A stretch of DNA of 32,375 bases, from assembly GCA_002779355.1 (NCBI GenBank), contig PEWS01000040.1, positions 1 to 32,375 of the forward strand. The letters run 5' to 3'. The position numbers and the translations under genes were made by a program. The notes below the pieces were generated by a model that made no database searches, had not been told where the DNA came from, and worked only from the letters and a program-made list of their open reading frames with translations. The stretch is from Candidatus Nealsonbacteria bacterium CG07_land_8_20_14_0_80_39_13. Its GTDB lineage: Bacteria > Patescibacteriota > Minisyncoccia > Minisyncoccales > GCA-002779355. Below are positions 31,667 to 32,375 of the stretch, one piece after another (position 1 is the first letter of the stretch; every line of letters starts with the position of its first letter).

Positions 31667-32375
31667 ATGACGATAGACGCAATATTTATAAATACCTATT
31701 CTTCCCTTATCAGCGGACTATTTATGATAGCGATGGGTGTTTTTGTCTTCAGCAAGAACCCATGGAAAAGGCTGAATACAATATTCTTTTTTTTCTGCTC
31801 TGCGGTGGCTGTTTGGCTTATTTGTACCTTTATAATGTATAAAAGCGATAGCGATATTTGGCGCATATTTTGGGATAAGATGGTCTATATCGGGGTAGTT
31901 TTCATTCCCATATTAATGTATCATTTCGGACTGGTTTTTACCGAAACAGAAGAAAAAAATAAAGTTAATCTTTATTTAGGATATTTTTTCTCATTAGTGT
32001 TCCTTTTACTAAGTCGAACATCTTATTTTGTAAACGATTTATACAGATATGAATGGGGGGTTCATACTCAAGCTGGATTCGCCCATCATTTGTTTTTAGC
32101 ATTCTTCTTTTTTTACGTGTTATTGTTTCTTCTTGAAATATATAATTTTTTAAAAATAACTCAAAAAAAATACGGAAAAATTAGAAGGAATCAGGTAAAA
32201 TATTTGTTAATTTCCTTTATTACGATGAACATGGCAGCTTATGCGTTTTTGGCAGCCTATGGGATAAATGTAAATCCTTTGGGGGCGTATCTATTGGAAA
32301 TAATTTCTGTTTCAATATTAGCTTTGGCAATTACCAAATATCATCTTTTTGAGATAAGGGTTATTCTGACCGAAA
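31667..32375 (+). CDS. Multi-pass membrane sensor N-terminal domain (7TM histidine-kinase-type), partial, runs off the window end
   Basis: The ORF is open from ATG 31667 to the window end. It has about 6-7 hydrophobic helices and ends in AITKYHLFEIRVILTE, typical of the last helix of 7TM sensor N-domains. Confidence 0.65.
   Translation, partial: MTIDAIFINTYSSLISGLFMIAMGVFVFSKNPWKRLNTIFFFFCSAVAVWLICTFIMYKSDSDIWRIFWDKMVYIGVVFIPILMYHFGLVFTETEEKNKVNLYLGYFFSLVFLLLSRTSYFVNDLYRYEWGVHTQAGFAHHLFLAFFFFYVLLFLLEIYNFLKITQKKYGKIRRNQVKYLLISFITMNMAAYAFLAAYGINVNPLGAYLLEIISVSILALAITKYHLFEIRVILTE

Noticed and set aside
1-32375. An alternative genetic code (UGA recoding, as in some CPR lineages).
   Set aside because: Long housekeeping ORFs are intact under the standard code, and TGA is used as a genuine stop (nusB at 12089-12091 and the 236-aa gene at 9609-9611).

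Overview
This is a 32.4-kb, densely packed, low-GC bacterial segment. My hand counts of single 60-nt lines give about 33-42% GC over most of it and about 47-53% in the first 2 kb. I infer a reduced-genome Candidate Phyla Radiation / Patescibacteria-type organism. The grounds are a ThrRS without the N-terminal TGS domain, an archaeal-type PPAT, ribosomal proteins with K/E/A-rich tails, almost no Shine-Dalgarno sequences, and the standard code with TGA used as a stop. Gene order is as follows. (1) Positions 1-4331 hold three secreted cysteine-rich repeat surface proteins. (2) thrS and dnaE lie on the minus strand, followed by an orphan 236-aa gene. (3) A plus-strand housekeeping run follows: rnhB, rpmF, nusB, rnc, rpsP, a KH-domain protein and trmD, with no rimM or rplS. 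(4) Next come tRNA-Tyr, a LAGLIDADG-like gene, tRNA-Thr, rpmG and tRNA-Trp. (5) An 8.3-kb block follows with an RNase HI, a DUF45 hydrolase, a metal permease, a MacAB-like efflux set, mltG and a DJ-1/PfpI gene. It sits where secE-nusG-rplK-rplA would be expected. (6) Then rplJ-rplL. (7) A convergent, terminator-insulated orphan 531-aa gene has its own near-consensus promoter and a roughly 240-nt structured leader. (8) The window ends with a 717-aa membrane protein, a PPAT-like gene, ybaB, a small hypothetical gene, a COG5322-type oxidoreductase and the 5' part of a 7TM sensor gene. The most unusual content is non-genic. Three families of short repeats recur across the window: GC-rich modular CCAGAGG/CCTCTGG elements, AAATTTC-type heptamer tracts, and palindromes centred on GTC-A-GAC. 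Several copies sit in frame inside essential genes (thrS, rnhB, rpsP, mltG). A roughly 350-nt chain of hairpins follows tRNA-Trp. I found no CRISPR array, rRNA, transposase or reverse transcriptase. All domain calls were made by eye from motifs, and no database search was run.
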